Source: Bacillus subtilis subsp. subtilis str. 168 (GTDB lineage Bacteria; Bacillota; Bacilli; Bacillales; Bacillaceae). Taken from it: a stretch of DNA of 32,000 nt. The DNA lies in assembly GCF_000009045.1 (NCBI RefSeq), contig NC_000964.3, positions 4,183,607-4,215,606 on the forward strand, in the 5' to 3' direction. Below, piece by piece: positions 1 through 7,558 of the stretch (positions are counted from its first letter, which is position 1; each line of letters starts with the position of its first letter). The translations under genes were made by a program, and so were the position numbers. The notes under the pieces are model-generated. The model did not search any database, was not told the origin of the DNA, and saw nothing but the letters and a program-made list of their open reading frames with translations.

Positions 1-291
1 TACCTTTTTCCCTTTCTCAGTCGGGAACAGTTTTTTTATTTTTTTATTTTGCTCATCCGGCAGTTTTTGAATAAATCCCTGCATTTCCAGCTTCTTAATG
101 GCCCGCGCGGCCGTTGTCCGGTCCACTTTTATCATTTCCGCCAATTTTTCTTGAATAATTCCCGGATTTTCGTATATACGCACGAGATAGAGATACTGCC
201 CTCTTGTTAAGTCTAAATCTTTAAATTCGATGTTGCTTATGGAATCCAACGCTCTTGCTATCATGCCGATCTCACGCAAAATATCATTCAT
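1..291 (-). CDS. yybA: MarR-family transcriptional regulator, first 97 codons only (gene continues past the left window edge)
   Basis: Absent from the ORF track because it is open at the edge. Manual reverse-complement translation from CAT at 289-291 gives MNDILREIGMIARALDSISNIEFKDLDLTRGQYLYLVRIYENPGIIQEKLAEMIKVDRTTAARAIKKLEMQGFIQKLPDEQNKKIKKLFPTEKGKKV with no stop. The sequence is winged-helix MarR-like and the gene is divergent from yyaT. Confidence 0.8.
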   Translation of the reverse strand, partial: MNDILREIGMIARALDSISNIEFKDLDLTRGQYLYLVRIYENPGIIQEKLAEMIKVDRTTAARAIKKLEMQGFIQKLPDEQNKKIKKLFPTEKGKKV

Positions 292-310
292 TCCTAAAAC
301 CCCTCACGTA

Positions 311-334
311 TTTTTGTTGCAATTACAACAAAAA
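311..334. promoter_or_regulatory. Perfect 9-6-9 inverted repeat TTTTTGTTG-CAATTA-CAACAAAAA in the yybA/yyaT divergent intergenic region; candidate MarR (YybA) operator
   Basis: Read directly from the sequence. It lies between two divergent start codons (291 and 411), the usual place for MarR-type operators. Confidence 0.45.
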
Positions 335-410
335 TGTTTTAACCTTACTATTATAAGACCACATGCGTGCTGTACAGTCCAGACTAATATCAGAAAAGGA
401 TTGATTCATA

Positions 411-857
411 ATGAATATAAAAAGAATAACAACTGAAGCTGATTTACATGAAGCTTTAAAGATTAGAAGAGGCGTTTTCATTGAGGAGCAACATGTGTCT
501 GAAGCCGATGAGTTCGATGAATTTGATACGCTTCAGGAACAATGCCAGCATATCTTGGTATATCATGAGAATCAGCCTGTCGGCACCGGACGCGCGCGCA
601 TCGTTGGCCATACAGCAAAGCTGGAAAGAATCTGCATCCTAAAACCTTACCGTAAGTACGGATTGGGGAAGATCATCGTAAGCGGGTTAGAGGAAATCAT
701 GAAAGAAAAAGGACTGACTTCATATAAGCTGCATGGTCAAACACAAGCGGCAGGCTTTTATCAAAAACTGGGCTACCAGATTTCTTCACAGGAATTTATG
801 GAGGACGGCATCCCTCACGTCTTGATGACAAAAGAAATATCGCGGAATATAACATGA
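411..857 (+). CDS. yyaT: GNAT-family N-acetyltransferase
   Basis: 148-aa ORF with a GNAT acetyl-CoA motif region (LERICILKPYRKYGLGKIIV). AAAGGA RBS upstream. Stop overlaps the yyaS start (ATGA). Confidence 0.85.
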   Translation: MNIKRITTEADLHEALKIRRGVFIEEQHVSEADEFDEFDTLQEQCQHILVYHENQPVGTGRARIVGHTAKLERICILKPYRKYGLGKIIVSGLEEIMKEKGLTSYKLHGQTQAAGFYQKLGYQISSQEFMEDGIPHVLMTKEISRNIT

Positions 858-1459
858 AATATATGTATTACGGAATAGGCATACTCATATTAAGTTTGGG
901 CATTTCCTTAACCATACAATCAGGACTGGGCACATCACCCTTCGATGCCCTTTTGGTTGGTCTGTCAAAAAAAATCGGTCTTACCGTAGGAAGCTGGGAG
1001 GTCCTTATTTCTGTGATCCTCTTAATCTGCAACGCTATATTAACGAGAAAAAAACCTATTTTGCTGGGCTTGATTACAGCATTCATTACTGGAATAGGCA
1101 TTGACCTATGGTTGTTTGTTGTAAAAAACACCATCTATCTAAACTCGTTGTTAAGCAAACTGATTTGTTTTGGAATTGGTTTGGTGCTCATCGGTCTTGG
1201 AACAGCCATCTATCTTCAGACGAAATTCGCATCAACACCGATCGATCATTTAACACTTATTATCCGAGATCTCTCCAAAAGAACAATATTGTTTTCAAGG
1301 ACATTGGTATACGCTCTTTTCTTAGTATTAGCCATCATCTTTAAAGGCCCTATCGGCATCGGAACTCTTTTAACGGTTTGTTTGGGAGGAATGCTCCTTC
1401 ACGTTTTTATGCCTATTGTGGAAAGACATTTCTTATCAAAGAATAGAAGAGGTTATTAA
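854..1459 (+). CDS. yyaS: Polytopic membrane protein (YczE/YyaS/YitT-like), function unknown
   Basis: 201-aa ORF that is strongly hydrophobic with several predicted TM segments. Translationally coupled to yyaT. Confidence 0.8.
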   Translation: MKYMYYGIGILILSLGISLTIQSGLGTSPFDALLVGLSKKIGLTVGSWEVLISVILLICNAILTRKKPILLGLITAFITGIGIDLWLFVVKNTIYLNSLLSKLICFGIGLVLIGLGTAIYLQTKFASTPIDHLTLIIRDLSKRTILFSRTLVYALFLVLAIIFKGPIGIGTLLTVCLGGMLLHVFMPIVERHFLSKNRRGY

Positions 1460-1475
1460 GAAACCTCTTCTCGAT

Positions 1476-1511
1476 CCAAAAAACGAAACGCAAAACAAGC
1501 CCCGTTTCGTT
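1476..1511 (-). terminator. Rho-independent terminator downstream of satA (minus strand)
   Basis: Stem AACGAAACG (1482-1490) pairs with CGTTTCGTT (1503-1511). On the minus strand it is followed by a T-run (plus-strand A-run 1478-1481). A second hairpin, AGAAGAGGTT/AACCTCTTCT at 1445-1471, sits right after the yyaS stop but lacks a T-tract. Confidence 0.55.
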
Positions 1512-1553
1512 GTCAATTCTTTATCTCTGGTACTGTTGAGGTTTTATAATCAA

Positions 1554-2075
1554 TTAAAATTTATAGTACCAAAAAATCGCAATTTCATTTGCTGTTGGAA
1601 AGTTGGAATAAAGCATCGTATCAACCGCACCTATTATAAAGTGATGTTTGGCATAAAAATGACAAGCTGAAATATTAATATCTTGGGTTTCAAGCATAAG
1701 ACCACAAAAATGATTCTCCTTTGCCCACTCAATCGCTTTATGTAATAATGCTGTTCCAACACCTTTTTTTCTATAGTCTTTTGCCACGGCAATGTCCTCT
1801 ATTAGTGCATACCCATTCCAGTTAGAACGGATCTTAATCCGGCCAATGCAGTTGTTTTCAAGATAATATAAAAAAGCCGCTTTCCCCTCTTCTTCAACAT
1901 AACTAACATCCATGTCATCATCTTCATATTGTTTAAAATAAGGTTTAGAAAATCGTTCCTCAGTATATGTCCAAACACCGTTTTCAAAAGCAGGTATCAT
2001 TCTCCCAAAAACAACGAAAGGTTCGTTTGGTTTATTGAAATCTTTCATATTCAAATGAGTCATTTTCATGATCAT
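1554..2075 (-). CDS. satA: GNAT-family streptothricin N-acetyltransferase
   Basis: The track ORF 1554..2090 begins at a TTG. The GGAG RBS sits 7-8 nt before the ATG at 2075, giving 173 aa (MIMKMTHLNMKDF...). GNAT motif DYRKKGVGTALL. Matches B. subtilis YyaR/SatA. Confidence 0.85.
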   Translation of the reverse strand: MIMKMTHLNMKDFNKPNEPFVVFGRMIPAFENGVWTYTEERFSKPYFKQYEDDDMDVSYVEEEGKAAFLYYLENNCIGRIKIRSNWNGYALIEDIAVAKDYRKKGVGTALLHKAIEWAKENHFCGLMLETQDINISACHFYAKHHFIIGAVDTMLYSNFPTANEIAIFWYYKF

Positions 2076-2261
2076 ATCAATCTCCGCCAATCGAGATAAT
2101 ATTTAGTAAACTCGTTTCGATACTATTCAACAACAGCTTCCAAAAGTGTACTCTTTAAGAGAACAGCATTAGATAAGGCATCCATTACCTTATATATTTC
2201 ACTATCTTAATGAGGTATTTCAACAGAGGCTTGTGGTACAGTAAAAAGGAATAGAAACAAG

Positions 2262-2442
2262 AGAAAAGAAGATGAACCTATGCCCACTAACAATAAACTC
2301 AATGAGAAATATCATACTTCCTTCAACTCGCCCACAACCCTGTTGACTAGTATCCGTGGAGAGAGGAAGCTTTGACACAGCTTCTGCCATTGATGACATC
2401 TCTATTGAAGTATCCAAAGGACAACCAAGGATCGCTCTTTGA
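2262..2442 (+). pseudogene. Most degraded remnant of a yyaL-like gene: 5' head (about 2262-2377) plus a short C-terminal-like tail (to 2442)
   Basis: AGAAAAGAAGATGAACCTATGCCCACTAACAATAAAC...CTCGCCCACAACCCTGTTGACTAG...GAAGCTTTGA aligns by eye to yyaL 7574-7700, with substitutions and an internal deletion of about 12 nt. No intact reading frame. Confidence 0.55.
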
Positions 2443-2485
2443 CTTTTTCAAGAAGAAAGTAGAGTGAATAAAGGAGTGATTGAGT

Positions 2486-2842
2486 ATGTTAACAAGAGAA
2501 GATATCTTTAAACACGTCAAAGAAAAATACGGTACATCGCCTGATTACCCGTGGGAGAAATACCCAAACTATGCTTCTTTGAGACATACATCAAACAAAA
2601 AATGGTACGGTCTTATCATGAATGTTCTCCCAGAAAAATTAGGCTTGGATGGTCATGGCGAAATAGATATTCTAAATCTAAAATGTCCCCCTGAAATAAG
2701 TGATCGCTTAAGAAACGGGGAAAATATCTTACCCGGATATCATATGGATAAGGAACATTGGATTTCAATTGTTTTAGAACGGACAGATCCAGAAGGCGAA
2801 ATCTATAACTTAATCGAGCAGAGCTTTCATTTAACCAAGTGA
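2486..2842 (+). CDS. yyaQ: MmcQ/YjbR-family small protein, function unknown
   Basis: The track ORF starts at TTG 2480. AAAGGAG lies 8 nt before the ATG at 2486, giving 118 aa (MLTREDIFKHVKEKYGTSPDYPW...). Confidence 0.8.
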   Translation: MLTREDIFKHVKEKYGTSPDYPWEKYPNYASLRHTSNKKWYGLIMNVLPEKLGLDGHGEIDILNLKCPPEISDRLRNGENILPGYHMDKEHWISIVLERTDPEGEIYNLIEQSFHLTK

Positions 2843-3001
2843 AGATAAAGAGTGTTCCTGCTAATCAAGCTGCGAAGAGTAGTGGGCACTTTCATTTTAG
2901 GATACTGTTCTTCACTCTGTCCACAAACGCAACTTAGTTCATCTGGTGCGAGAGTGGGAGAAGAATTTCAACCAACTTCTTATGTAAAAGGATGAATAGT
3001 T

Positions 3002-3568
3002 ATGACAAATAACTTAAAACAGAGAAGAATCATTTTAGATTTAGCAGTTACTTTAGATGGTTTTATTGAAGGGAAAAATGGAGAAGTTGATTGGTGTATT
3101 ATGGACCCTGATATGGGGTTTACTGATTTTTTAAATCAAATTGATACTATTTTATATGGTAGAAAAAGCTTCGATTTATGGGGACAATACATTCCAAAAA
3201 ATGAAGACCCTGATACAGAAAAGGAACTTTGGAAATTGGTTCATAGTAAAAAGAAATATGTTTTTTCCAGAACACAAAATGAGATTGATAATCAAGCCAT
3301 ATTTATAAATGATAATATTCTTGAAGAAGTAAATAAATTGAAGAAAAATCCTGGTAAAGACATCTGGCTATATGGTGGAGCGAGTCTCATTACAACTTTT
3401 ATAAATTTGGGGCTTGTTGATGAATTTAGATTATCTATTCACCCTGTTGTTTTGGGAGAAGGAAAACCGTTGTTTATTGATGTAAAACAGAGGATAAATT
3501 TAAAAATGGTGAATACAAGAACATTTTCCTCTGGCGTTGTGCAAATCGTTTATCATTGGAATGGCTAA
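3002..3568 (+). CDS. yyaP: Dihydrofolate-reductase-like protein (RibD C-terminal domain family)
   Basis: 188-aa ORF with hallmark stretches of this family: RRIILDLAVTLDGFIEG, ILYGRKSFDLW and WLYGGASLITTFINLGLVDEFRLSIHPVVLGEGKPLF. Confidence 0.85.
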   Translation: MTNNLKQRRIILDLAVTLDGFIEGKNGEVDWCIMDPDMGFTDFLNQIDTILYGRKSFDLWGQYIPKNEDPDTEKELWKLVHSKKKYVFSRTQNEIDNQAIFINDNILEEVNKLKKNPGKDIWLYGGASLITTFINLGLVDEFRLSIHPVVLGEGKPLFIDVKQRINLKMVNTRTFSSGVVQIVYHWNG

Positions 3569-3610
3569 CATTGTAAAGTAACACTCGACAGTAATCCTTC
3601 TTATTGAACT

Positions 3611-3643
3611 AAAGGGGAATCCATAAATAATGGGTTCCCCTTA
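3611..3643 (+). terminator. Hairpin downstream of yyaP (AAGGGGAA-T-CCAT / ATGG-G-TTCCCCTT)
   Basis: Read directly. The stem is GC-containing but the 3' T-tract is weak. Confidence 0.45.
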
Positions 3644-3796
3644 ATATACTATGGAATTATCAATATCAAATTTTCTGTAATAAAAGAGGATTGAAAAGGA
3701 CGATGTCTCCTCAATTAACATCATTAAGCATTATAGTATATTTTCTTCTCCCTCTTTTAAGTAATCGGCTAAGTTTTGTATTTATAAAAAAACGAA

Positions 3797-4042
3797 AGAA
3801 GGTGATCCAATGCCTACTAACAATAAACCCAATAGATTAATCGCTGAGAAATCTACTTATTTTACTTCAACATGCTCATAACCCTGTGGACTGGTTCCCT
3901 TGGGGAGAAGAAGCATATGAAAAAGCGAAACGCGAAAACAAGCCTGTTCTCGTATCTATTGGGTATAGCTAACGATGGCTAATCTAAAGAACATGCTATT
4001 GATGCCATGTTTATTCATTTTACAAAAAAGGATCAACCTTGA
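3797..4042 (+). pseudogene. Frameshifted remnant of a yyaL-like gene: 5' head (3797 to about 3967) plus a C-terminal-like tail (3989-4042)
   Basis: GAAAGAAGGTGATCCAATGCCTACTAACAATAAACCCAATAGATTAATCGCTGAGAAA... parallels yyaL 7577 onward. A 1-nt insertion (TATTTTACTTCAACA versus TATTTACTCCAACA) shifts the frame, and a TAA follows at codon 24. Confidence 0.7.
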
Positions 4043-4067
4043 ATTACTTTCACAAGATTGATCCTTT
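4022..4067 (-). terminator. Rho-independent terminator of tetB
   Basis: AAAGGATCAA (4027-4036) pairs with TTGATCCTTT (4058-4067) just past the tetB stop. On the minus strand the stem runs into TTTTTTG. Confidence 0.6.
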
Positions 4068-4074
4068 CACTCAT

Positions 4075-5451
4075 TTAGCCATGTCTCCGCGAACGTTTAT
4101 ATACATTCAAGATTACTAGCCAACAAATAACAATGATTCCTGCAAAAAGTATGAGCATATTGCTATACAAATAGGTAGAGTGATCAACGTCAATAGGCAG
4201 CAGCCTATGATCTAGGAAGCCGATAGATAATAAACCGCCTACAATCGCAATACCCGTTCCCTCTGATAAAAAGCTCGTGAAATTAAGCAAACTCATTCCA
4301 GCGCCCGCTTCCTTTTCTTTCAAACTGCTAGACACAACTGTAGATATAACTGTTTTTGTGAAAGATAGCCCCCCAAAAACAAAAATTACTATAATTGTCA
4401 TGATCCATGGTGCTGCATCTATAAAAAAGGCAGCGATTAAAAAGCCGGAAGAAAGCAATGCACTTCCAATAGTTAGTACATACAAGGAACCTTTCCGATC
4501 AACAAGCAATCCCCCAATGTAACCAAAGATGATGACACTCATTGTTCCGGGGAAAATAATGCCGCTTCCAATTGCTGCAGTACTTAAATGGTGAACATCT
4601 TTCATCATGTAAGGAACCATAGAGACAAATCCTGCTACTGTACCAAATATTAGTCCTCCGCAAAGGGTTCCAATCACAAAAAAGACGTTTTTCCCTAATT
4701 CAGGGTCAACAAAAGGGTCCTGAGCTTTCCTAATGTGTTGCACAAATATGAAGAAAGCAAGGATACTGATGATCAGAAAAGAAAATCTATAAGATGTTGT
4801 AAACAGCATAAAAAATACGATACCTGCAGACATCAATATAATCCCTGCCATATCAATGTGTCCTCTTATTCTCTCTTCCTTTTTCAACAATTTTATAAGG
4901 AATGGAACGGTGATAATTGTTGCAGTTGGAATAAGCAGCAAATACGACCAATGGATATAATGAGCAACCATTCCGCCAATAGCTGGCCCAACACCTTCTC
5001 CCATTGCTACCAGGGACCCGATCAGGCCAAATGCTTTCCCCCTGTTCTCTTTTGGAATATAGCGCGCAACGACAACCATCACAAGAGCTGGGAATGCGGC
5101 TGCACCAATTCCTTGAATAAATCGGGCTAGAATGAGAATAGGAAAGAAAGAGTGTCCAACAAATCCAATGATCGACCCTAAGCCATTTACCATAATCCCA
5201 AATAGAAGCAGATTTTTGATGCCCAGCTGGTCTGATAGCTTTCCATATAGAGCTGTTCCAATGGAGAAGGTTAACATAAAGGCTGTATTCACCCAGTTTG
5301 CACTTGCTGGCAGTTTATTAAACTCGTTGGCAATATCAGGTAATGAGACGTTCAGAACCATTTCATTTAATACGCTGAAAAATGATAGAACACAAAGCCA
5401 AATCAAAACTTGATTGTGCCGTAAAGTTGACTGTGAATAAGACGTATTCAC
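4075..5451 (-). CDS. tetB: Tet(L)-type tetracycline-divalent metal/H+ antiporter (14-TMS MFS, DHA2-like)
   Basis: 458-aa ORF with a GTG start (CAC at 5449-5451) 7 nt after GGAGGGG. The sequence [44 protein letters not shown]... is recognisably Tet(L). Confidence 0.95.
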   Translation of the reverse strand: MNTSYSQSTLRHNQVLIWLCVLSFFSVLNEMVLNVSLPDIANEFNKLPASANWVNTAFMLTFSIGTALYGKLSDQLGIKNLLLFGIMVNGLGSIIGFVGHSFFPILILARFIQGIGAAAFPALVMVVVARYIPKENRGKAFGLIGSLVAMGEGVGPAIGGMVAHYIHWSYLLLIPTATIITVPFLIKLLKKEERIRGHIDMAGIILMSAGIVFFMLFTTSYRFSFLIISILAFFIFVQHIRKAQDPFVDPELGKNVFFVIGTLCGGLIFGTVAGFVSMVPYMMKDVHHLSTAAIGSGIIFPGTMSVIIFGYIGGLLVDRKGSLYVLTIGSALLSSGFLIAAFFIDAAPWIMTIIVIFVFGGLSFTKTVISTVVSSSLKEKEAGAGMSLLNFTSFLSEGTGIAIVGGLLSIGFLDHRLLPIDVDHSTYLYSNMLILFAGIIVICWLVILNVYKRSRRHG

Positions 5452-5457
5452 AATTTC

Positions 5458-5474
5458 CCCTCCATTAATGAGGG
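5458..5474 (-). promoter_or_regulatory. Short hairpin (CCCTC / GAGGG, 7-nt loop) overlapping the tetB Shine-Dalgarno
   Basis: Read directly. It lies between the leader-peptide stop and the tetB GTG. This fits the known leader-peptide-dependent translational control of tet(L) genes. Confidence 0.4.
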
Positions 5475-5484
5475 CAGACGCAGT

Positions 5485-5547
5485 TTATAGGGTCATTGAT
5501 ACGCTTCCCTCTTTTAATTGTACCCTGTTCATTTTATTGCACTTCAT
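5485..5547 (-). CDS. tetL: tet(L) leader peptide, 20 aa (MKCNKMNRVQLKEGSVSMTL)
   Basis: An ATG preceded by GGGGGAG at proper spacing, ending 33 nt upstream of the tetB start. It forms the C-terminal part of track ORF 5485..5682. Confidence 0.75.
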   Translation of the reverse strand: MKCNKMNRVQLKEGSVSMTL

Positions 5548-5769
5548 AATAACTCCCCCTACATTTGATTGATATGATCTTATTATATATAGACTAAGGA
5601 TTAAACTTTTACTTTTTTTATAAAAATTTGACCAGATTGCGAAACAAGGAAAAACGTTATTCGCATTTATCTCAAGTGGCAAAATGAAACATTAGTTTAT
5701 ATTTTCACATCACAATTATCGATAAGCAGTCAGTTATTGTATTTGTTTAGGATAACTGTGGTAACCTGA

Positions 5770-6039
5770 ATATAACCAACTTAGGAAGAAGGTGATCCCA
5801 TGCCAAATAAAAGTAAACCCAATAGATTAATCGCTGAAAAGTCTCCTTATTTACTCCAACACGCCCACAACCCTGTGGACTGGTTCCCGTGGGGAGAAGA
5901 AGCATTTGCAAAAGCAAAACGCGAAAACAAGCCGGTTCTGGTCAGCATCGGTTATTCGACGACTTGTCATTGGTGGCCTGGGATAATCAAATCGTGTGGA
6001 ACTCCATTAAAAGATAACAGAAGCCATTTTAAACGATAA
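5770..6039 (+). pseudogene. yyaO: Truncated duplicate of the yyaL 5' end (79-codon ORF)
   Basis: The first 56 residues match YyaL almost exactly (two substitutions). An extra Thr follows, then CHW, and the sequence then diverges (STTCHWWPG... versus STCHWCHVM...). Nucleotide homology, including the RBS GGAAGAAGGTGATCCC, runs to 5975. Confidence 0.85.
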
Positions 6040-6088
6040 TACTATTTGTTCAAACAATACAGTCTACCTTTTATTTCATTCATTTTCT

Positions 6089-6128
6089 AAAACCTGTAAT
6101 CCGTAACCACGCGGTAGCAGGTTTTTTT
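6089..6128 (+). terminator. Rho-independent terminator after yyaO
   Basis: AAAACCTG...CAGGTTTT stem with internal CCG/CGG pairing, followed by a T7 run (6122-6128). Confidence 0.55.
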
Positions 6129-6134
6129 ATTTGC

Positions 6135-6165
6135 TTGACTTAGAGTTAACTCTAAATTGTAAACT
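6135..6165 (+). promoter_or_regulatory. MerR-type promoter of yyaN-yyaM: TTGACT - 19-nt spacer - TAAACT, with the perfect palindrome TTAGAGTTAACTCTAA (6140-6155) spanning the spacer
   Basis: Read directly. An over-long 19-bp spacer containing a dyad is the signature of MerR-family-controlled promoters. It lies immediately upstream of a MerR-family gene. Confidence 0.65.
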
Positions 6166-6177
6166 AACTTTAATTAA

Positions 6178-6606
6178 ATGAGAGGGATGATGTTGTTGTA
6201 TTCCATTAGTAAAGCTGCTGAGAAGACTAGTATTAGTTCGTATACATTAAGATATTACGAAAAGATTGGGTTACTTCCACCACCAAAACGAAAAAACAGT
6301 GGAAGGCGTTTTTATACGGAGACTGATATTCAGTTCATGTTATTCCTGAAAAGTTTAAAGGAAACAGGTATGTCTTTGGAGGATATTAATGAGTTTGTCA
6401 AAGACGGATGCATTTTGGAAAAAATCAATTCGGATGTTAAATCGGCACAACTCTCCCCATCTATAAATAAACGTATTGAGATTTTAACCAAGCACTTAGA
6501 GAAAATGGAAATTAAAAAAAGGGAGCTGGAAGAAGTGATTTCTACTACAAAAGGAAAACTGGATACATATTATTCAATTTTGAAAGAGGAAGTGGAAAAC
6601 AAATGA
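6178..6606 (+). CDS. yyaN: MerR-family transcriptional regulator
   Basis: N-terminal HTH YSISKAAEKTSISSYTLRYYEKIGLL, followed by a coiled-coil region. The true start may be one of the ATGs at 6187/6190 after GAGAGGG. Stop overlaps the yyaM start. Confidence 0.85.
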   Translation: MRGMMLLYSISKAAEKTSISSYTLRYYEKIGLLPPPKRKNSGRRFYTETDIQFMLFLKSLKETGMSLEDINEFVKDGCILEKINSDVKSAQLSPSINKRIEILTKHLEKMEIKKRELEEVISTTKGKLDTYYSILKEEVENK

Positions 6607-7520
6607 AACATTTAAATATATACATAATGTTACTTGGCTTCTCTATTTTCACGGGAGCTACTTTTAATCTTGCAAAATATACAGTTGGATATTTTTCTCC
6701 ATCGTCTTCTGCGGCATGGCGTTTCGGTTTAGCGGCTGCAGTGATGCTCATCATTTTGATTTTTACTGAAGGTATAAAGAAGAGTCAATTACGGAAAAAC
6801 GCCGTTTCATACATTGTTCTTGGAATTATAGGAATCTTTGGATTTAATGCCTTGTTTTTTGTTGGTTTAAAATATACATCTCCCGTTAACGGAGCATTAA
6901 TAATGGGGCTGAATCCTTTATTAACAGCAATTCTCGCTCGAATTATCTTAAAGGACAACATGACAAAAAAACAAGTACTCGGCATATTCTTTGCATTCAT
7001 CGGTGTATTGTTAGTCATTACACAAGGTTCTATCGAAACCATTAAAACCTTATCAATTTCAGGAGGAGACTTAATAATCTTTACAGGTAACGTTTGTTGG
7101 GCACTTTATGGCGTACTTGGACGTCGGTTTGTAAAGGATGGTACACCGCTATCTACAACCACTTATACGATGGTTATTGGTGCTGTTAGTTTAATAGTAG
7201 TTTCCTTATTTACATCCAAACCTGTTTCTTTATCGAACATCCCGATTGGAGTTTGGGGGGCAATTGCTTTTATGGCTTTTTTTACAAGTGTTTTGGGTTA
7301 CCTATGGTGGAATCAGGGGATTAAAGAGATTGGAGCTAGTAAAACATCTTTATTTTTCAACCTTGTTCCCGTTGTAACGATGATTATTTCATTTGCCGTT
7401 GGAACACCAATAAAGGTATTTCAAGTTATTGGGGCTGTGCTAGTTATATTAGGCGTTTTAACCGCTTCGGGGGTAATACGTATTCCTAAGTACAATACTA
7501 AAGAACAGTCAGCTATATAA
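6603..7520 (+). CDS. yyaM: EamA/DMT-superfamily transporter (about 10 TMS)
   Basis: 305-aa hydrophobic ORF with the duplicated EamA architecture. Translationally coupled to yyaN. Confidence 0.85.
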   Translation: MKHLNIYIMLLGFSIFTGATFNLAKYTVGYFSPSSSAAWRFGLAAAVMLIILIFTEGIKKSQLRKNAVSYIVLGIIGIFGFNALFFVGLKYTSPVNGALIMGLNPLLTAILARIILKDNMTKKQVLGIFFAFIGVLLVITQGSIETIKTLSISGGDLIIFTGNVCWALYGVLGRRFVKDGTPLSTTTYTMVIGAVSLIVVSLFTSKPVSLSNIPIGVWGAIAFMAFFTSVLGYLWWNQGIKEIGASKTSLFFNLVPVVTMIISFAVGTPIKVFQVIGAVLVILGVLTASGVIRIPKYNTKEQSAI

Positions 7521-7558
7521 AGAAATAGGGAGTATTTTTGAGAAAATGTGTTAAGTTA

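Noticed and set aside
230-436. 68-aa plus-strand ORF spanning the yybA start and the yybA-yyaT intergenic region
   Set aside because: It overlaps the yybA N-terminus antisense, has no RBS and ends inside yyaT. The region is better explained as divergent promoters and an operator.
5548-5700. An exact SigA promoter call for tetL/tetB, and likewise for yyaJ (about 10700-10730), soj (about 23580-23640) and yyaL (TTGAGA-17-TATACA at 7538-7566)
   Set aside because: Several -10-like hexamers exist in these AT-rich gaps, but none pairs with a good -35 at 16-18 nt by my counting. The yyaL candidate is the best, but it is still weak. They are left uncalled rather than guessed.
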